A DNA stretch of 64,000 nt from Vicinamibacteria bacterium (GTDB taxonomy: Bacteria > Acidobacteriota > Vicinamibacteria > Marinacidobacterales > Marinacidobacteraceae): contig CAXXLQ010000004.1 of NCBI GenBank assembly GCA_963668695.2, positions 3,744,001 to 3,808,000 on the forward strand, written 5' to 3'. How positions within the stretch are numbered: position 1 is the stretch's first letter; each line of letters starts with the position of its first letter. Below, piece after piece: positions 60,418 to 64,000 of this stretch. Under the pieces are notes generated by a model that ran no database searches, was not told the DNA's origin, and was given only the letters and a program-made list of their open reading frames with translations. Made by a program: the position numbers and the translations under genes.

Positions 60418-62319
60418 TTAACCCGTTCCGTCCATCGTCTGGATGCGAAGCTCGTGCTTCACCGCCGCTGTGCGGCCGTCCTGATAGGTGATCTCGGTCG
60501 CCACCGCAACCGAATCGCCGTCTCCCTGCAGGGCGCCGATAATGTCCGCGAAGCGGCCGGCGATGTGGCGGCGCCTCACCTTGCGAGTGCGGGTCAGCTC
60601 CGCATCATCCGCGTGAAGCTCCTTGTGCAACAGCAGGTAGCGGTGGATGCGCGCCGCGGGTGGGAGCTCCTCGTTCACCTTGGCCACCTGCTCGCGCACC
60701 AGGTCGTACACCTCGGTACGGCGGGCCAGGTCGGTGAAGGTCGTGTAAGGAATGCGGCGGCGCTCCGCCCATTGTCCGGCATTCTCCATGTCGATGGCGA
60801 TCATCGCGGTTACGAACGGGGCCCCTGATCCTCCGAAGACCACCGCCTCGCCGACGTAAGGGCTGAACTTGAGTTTGTTCTCGACGAACTGCGGGGAGAA
60901 GTTGCTCCCGTCCGCGAGCCTCATCACGTCGGCCAGGCGATCGATTACGACCAGGTGGCCGTTATCGTCGAAGTAGCCCGCGTCGCCCGAGTGCAGCCAG
61001 CCGTCCTCGAGCGTCTCCGCCGTCGCCGTGGGGTTGCGGAAGTAGCCCTGAAACACAGCGGGGCTCCTGCAGAGGATCTCTCCCTGCTCCGAAATGCGGA
61101 TCTCGGTGCGGGGCAGCGGCACGCCCACCGTCTGGAAACGGATGTCGTCGTCCCGGTGAACCGCGGAGATCCCGGACACCTCGGTCTGGCCGTAGAGCTG
61201 CTTCAGGTTCACCCCGATGGCGTGGTAGAAGCGAAAGACATCGGGGCCGAGCGCGGCGCCTCCGGTGTAGGCGCGCCGCACCCTGGCGAGTCCCAACTGG
61301 TCGCGGACGGGACGGAACACCATCCAGTCGGCCAGTCGGTGGCCAACTCTCCGGGCGAAGCCGACTCTCCAGCCCTGGACGCGGGCTTCGGCACTGGCGA
61401 CGCCCTGCTTCATCGACCAACGGTAGATCCAGCGCTTGAGGCGGGTGGTGTCTTCGGCCATGACCTGCACGTCCGAGACCATGTTCTCCCAGATCCGGGG
61501 CGGTGACATCAGGAAAGCCGGCCCGATCTCGCGTGTGTCCTTGCGCGCGGTCGCCGTCTCCTCCGGGAAGTTCACCGTGAATCCCGCCAGCAACCCGCTC
61601 GCCACCGCCACCATCTGCTCGCCGATCCACGCGAGCGGAAGGAACGACACAAATTCGTCGTCCGCGTGCATCGCATCCACGCTCTCGAGCTGCGACGCCA
61701 TGGCGAGCAGGTTCTCGTGCGAGAGCATGGCCAGCTTCGGGACGCTGGTCGTGCCGGAGGTCGTACAGAGCAGCGCGATGTCGCCGGGCTGGACCGCTGC
61801 CAGCCTGCGGTCGAACTCCTCGGGCGATCGGCCATGAAGTCGGTCGCCCAGCGCTTCGACCTCCTCGAAGGAGATCAAACCTGGCGCCTGGTAGCCGAAC
61901 ATGCCGCGCGGCTCGTAGTAGACGATGTACTCGAGCCCGGGCAGCCGTTCCCGCACTTCCAGCACCTTGTCGACCTGCTCCTGATCCTCGGCCACGATGA
62001 CACGCGCCTCGGCGATCTCCAGCATGCGGGCAAGTTCGTCGGCGATGGCATCCTGATAGAGCCCCAGGGGGAGAATGCCGGCGGTCTGGGAGGCCAGCTC
62101 CGCGATCACCCACTCCGGTCGGTTGTCCCCGATGATCGCGACCCGGTCGCCTTCTTCCACGCCCAACTCCGTCAGCCCGAGTGAGAAACTCCGCACCCGC
62201 GCCAGGTACTCCGCCCAGGTGATCTCCTGCCAGATCCCGAACTCCTTCTCACGCAGCGCAACGTCGCCAGGACGGCTCGCGGCGTGATTCGCGAGGAGGG
62301 CGGGCAGGGTCTCGATCAC
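60418..62319 (-). CDS. Long-chain fatty acid-CoA ligase (AMP-binding)
   Basis: GTG start with a GAGGA RBS. TTSGTTSVPK, YGQTE, GWLHSGDAG, ENKLKFSPY, ELTRTRKVRR. Confidence 0.92.
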   Translation of the reverse strand: MIETLPALLANHAASRPGDVALREKEFGIWQEITWAEYLARVRSFSLGLTELGVEEGDRVAIIGDNRPEWVIAELASQTAGILPLGLYQDAIADELARMLEIAEARVIVAEDQEQVDKVLEVRERLPGLEYIVYYEPRGMFGYQAPGLISFEEVEALGDRLHGRSPEEFDRRLAAVQPGDIALLCTTSGTTSVPKLAMLSHENLLAMASQLESVDAMHADDEFVSFLPLAWIGEQMVAVASGLLAGFTVNFPEETATARKDTREIGPAFLMSPPRIWENMVSDVQVMAEDTTRLKRWIYRWSMKQGVASAEARVQGWRVGFARRVGHRLADWMVFRPVRDQLGLARVRRAYTGGAALGPDVFRFYHAIGVNLKQLYGQTEVSGISAVHRDDDIRFQTVGVPLPRTEIRISEQGEILCRSPAVFQGYFRNPTATAETLEDGWLHSGDAGYFDDNGHLVVIDRLADVMRLADGSNFSPQFVENKLKFSPYVGEAVVFGGSGAPFVTAMIAIDMENAGQWAERRRIPYTTFTDLARRTEVYDLVREQVAKVNEELPPAARIHRYLLLHKELHADDAELTRTRKVRRRHIAGRFADIIGALQGDGDSVAVATEITYQDGRTAAVKHELRIQTMDGTG

Positions 62320-62386
62320 GGTGAGTCCTCGTCGCGGCATGAAAGCGCCCGGCTCTCGCCGCTCGCGACCTCGCGCGAGATTCGGC

Positions 62387-63289
62387 TCACGACCGTACAT
62401 CCGTCGGTCTCCCGGCGCCCCCTGCGCCCGCCAGTTCCCGGGTGTCGGCCGCTCTCCTGCCCAGGTAGGCATCGATGACCGCAGGGTCGTCCCGGACCTC
62501 ATTCGGACTCCCCTGCGCAATCCGGCGCCCGAAATCCAGCACCACGACCCGGTCCGCGATATCCATGATCACGTCTATGTCGTGGTCGATGACCACCACG
62601 GTAACGCCCTGCTCCTCGTGAACGTCGAGGATGAACCGCGCCATCGACTCTTTCTCCTCGGCGTTCATCCCGGCCGTTGGCTCGTCCAGGAGGAGGATGT
62701 GCGGATCGAGCGCCAGAGCGCGCGCCATCTCCACCAGCCGCTGGTTTCCGTAGGCCAGATTCCCCACCACGGCGCTCCGCAGCGGCTCCAGGTTCATGAA
62801 GTCGATGACCTGCTCCACGTACTTGCGGTGCTCGATCTCCCAGCCGCGCTGGCGGCCCAGGTACAGGCCGCCGCTGAGCACGCCTCCCTTCATGTGCACG
62901 TGGCGGCCCAGCATCAGGTTCTCAAGCACCGTCATGTGCTTGAAGAGCTCGATGTTCTGGAAGGTGCGCGCGACGCCCAGCTCCGCGATGCGGTGCGGCG
63001 CGAGTCGGTGGAGCGCGTGCCGCGCCCCATCGCGGCCGGTCAGGGTGATGCTTCCCTCCTGCGGGCGATAGAGGCCGGAGACGCAGTTCAGGACGCTGGT
63101 CTTCCCCGCCCCGTTGGGCCCGATGAGGGCCAGCAGCTCGCCGTCCCGCACGTCCATCGTGAGATCCGAGAGTGAGGTCACGCCCCCGAAGCGGAGGGTG
63201 ACGCCCGAGAGTTCAAGGATGGAGTGCTCTCCGGCGGCCGGTTTCACGGCTCGGTTCCTGCCCACGGGATCATTAACAGCCTGTGGCAA
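62387..63289 (-). CDS. HAAT-family (LivG-like) ABC ATP-binding protein (true start likely ~63247)
   Basis: GPNGAGKT, ARTFQNIELF, LLDEPTAGMN, VIDAYLG. Confidence 0.92.
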   Translation of the reverse strand: MPQAVNDPVGRNRAVKPAAGEHSILELSGVTLRFGGVTSLSDLTMDVRDGELLALIGPNGAGKTSVLNCVSGLYRPQEGSITLTGRDGARHALHRLAPHRIAELGVARTFQNIELFKHMTVLENLMLGRHVHMKGGVLSGGLYLGRQRGWEIEHRKYVEQVIDFMNLEPLRSAVVGNLAYGNQRLVEMARALALDPHILLLDEPTAGMNAEEKESMARFILDVHEEQGVTVVVIDHDIDVIMDIADRVVVLDFGRRIAQGSPNEVRDDPAVIDAYLGRRAADTRELAGAGGAGRPTDVRS

Positions 63290-63301
63290 AACTCACGCGG
63301 C
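63277..63301. mobile_element. MITE family A end remnant
   Basis: TTAA-CAGCCTGTGGCAAAACTCACGCGGC matches the left end of copy 1, then stops. Confidence 0.7.
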
Positions 63302-63351
63302 CCAGCGGGGTGGCGCACCCCGGCCCGCAGGGCCGCGGAATCTACGCCGGA

Positions 63352-63999
63352 CTACTCGGGAACGAACCCCGGGCCGCGCAGCGCCCGGCCGGGAAGCGCC
63401 CGGGTGTACTCGCCCTCATCGACCACCGGGGCGCCGTTCACCAGGACGTACCGCATCCCGATCGAGTAGTGGAACGGGTCTTCGAAGGTGGCCACCCCGC
63501 GGATCGTCTCCGGATCGAAGATCGCCAGGTCGGCGAAGTTGCCTTCCACCAGCGTCCCCCGCTCCTCGAGTCCCAGGATCTCCGCGGGAAGCCCGCTCAG
63601 CTTCCGAATCGCCTCCTCCCAACTCAGCAGGCCTTCTTCGCGCACGTAGGTACCGAGGAGGCGGGGAACCGTCCCCAGATGCCGGGGATGCACGAGTGGG
63701 GGAAGGTTCTCCGAGTCGAGGTCGATGGTCCCGCCATCGGTTCCACCGGCCACGTACGGTTGGGCCAGCACCTGCCGCAGAGTGTCCTCTTCGTTGTTCC
63801 AGTCGATGACGATGCCGCGGCCCTCCTGCTCCAGAACCACGTCCATGAAGGCTTCCTCAGCGGGTTGGCTCCGCATCTCCGCCACTTCTTCGACCAGCTT
63901 CCCGTTGACCTCCGGATCGTCGACGCCGAGCCGGACGCGGTGCCAGCCGATGTTCGCCAGGTAAGGCGGCTCGGTGACGAAGTCGCCGGCGATGCGCTC
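63352..63999 (-). CDS. N-acyl-D-amino-acid deacylase (D-aminoacylase) family, 3' part; continues beyond the window
   Basis: GTDG...HPRHLGTVPRLLG.YVRE..LSWEEAIRKLSGLPA...RG.L..G..ADL.IFDP...ATF..P...G..YVLVNG. Confidence 0.9.
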   Translation of the reverse strand, partial: ERIAGDFVTEPPYLANIGWHRVRLGVDDPEVNGKLVEEVAEMRSQPAEEAFMDVVLEQEGRGIVIDWNNEEDTLRQVLAQPYVAGGTDGGTIDLDSENLPPLVHPRHLGTVPRLLGTYVREEGLLSWEEAIRKLSGLPAEILGLEERGTLVEGNFADLAIFDPETIRGVATFEDPFHYSIGMRYVLVNGAPVVDEGEYTRALPGRALRGPGFVPE

Positions 64000-64000
64000 G

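Noticed and set aside
47472-63753. Diversity-generating retroelement TR/VR pair
   Set aside because: No reverse transcriptase is in the window. The 5 differences are not adenine-specific on the coding strand and fit AT-biased decay of a pseudogene copy.

Overview
High-GC bacterial chromosomal window. The Calx-beta autotransporter, TSP3 and MORN repeat proteins and the gene content suggest an Acidobacteriota-like host-associated (e.g. sponge) symbiont, but this is inference only. Core-like genes (SSS symporter, TraB, LmbE/PIG-L, PfkB-GH4, peroxiredoxin, APC permease, TolB-like/M28 peptidase-lepA-hemW operon, D-aminoacylase) alternate with accessory DNA. The accessory DNA comprises three type II toxin-antitoxin pairs, a Swt1-like HEPN protein with an IS630 inserted just upstream, a 3433-aa Calx-beta autotransporter with 20 tandem ~351-bp repeats beside nested IS256/IS21/IS3 remnants, and a 15.9-kb transporter-rich block. 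Three signals stand out. (1) The 15.9-kb block has no integrase, is bounded by 402-bp direct repeats of the D-aminoacylase 3' end, and contains a second internal scar of the same gene end, suggesting stacked cassettes. (2) A family of structured MITEs with CAGCCTGTGG ends duplicates 4-bp targets that are mostly stop codons, and some copies carry a repeated 20-nt sub-module. (3) A related element sits exactly in the TGATG stop/start overlap of a fitAB-like operon. No CRISPR array, rRNA, intact tRNA, reverse transcriptase or integrase was seen. All family assignments come from motif recognition by eye, not database searches.
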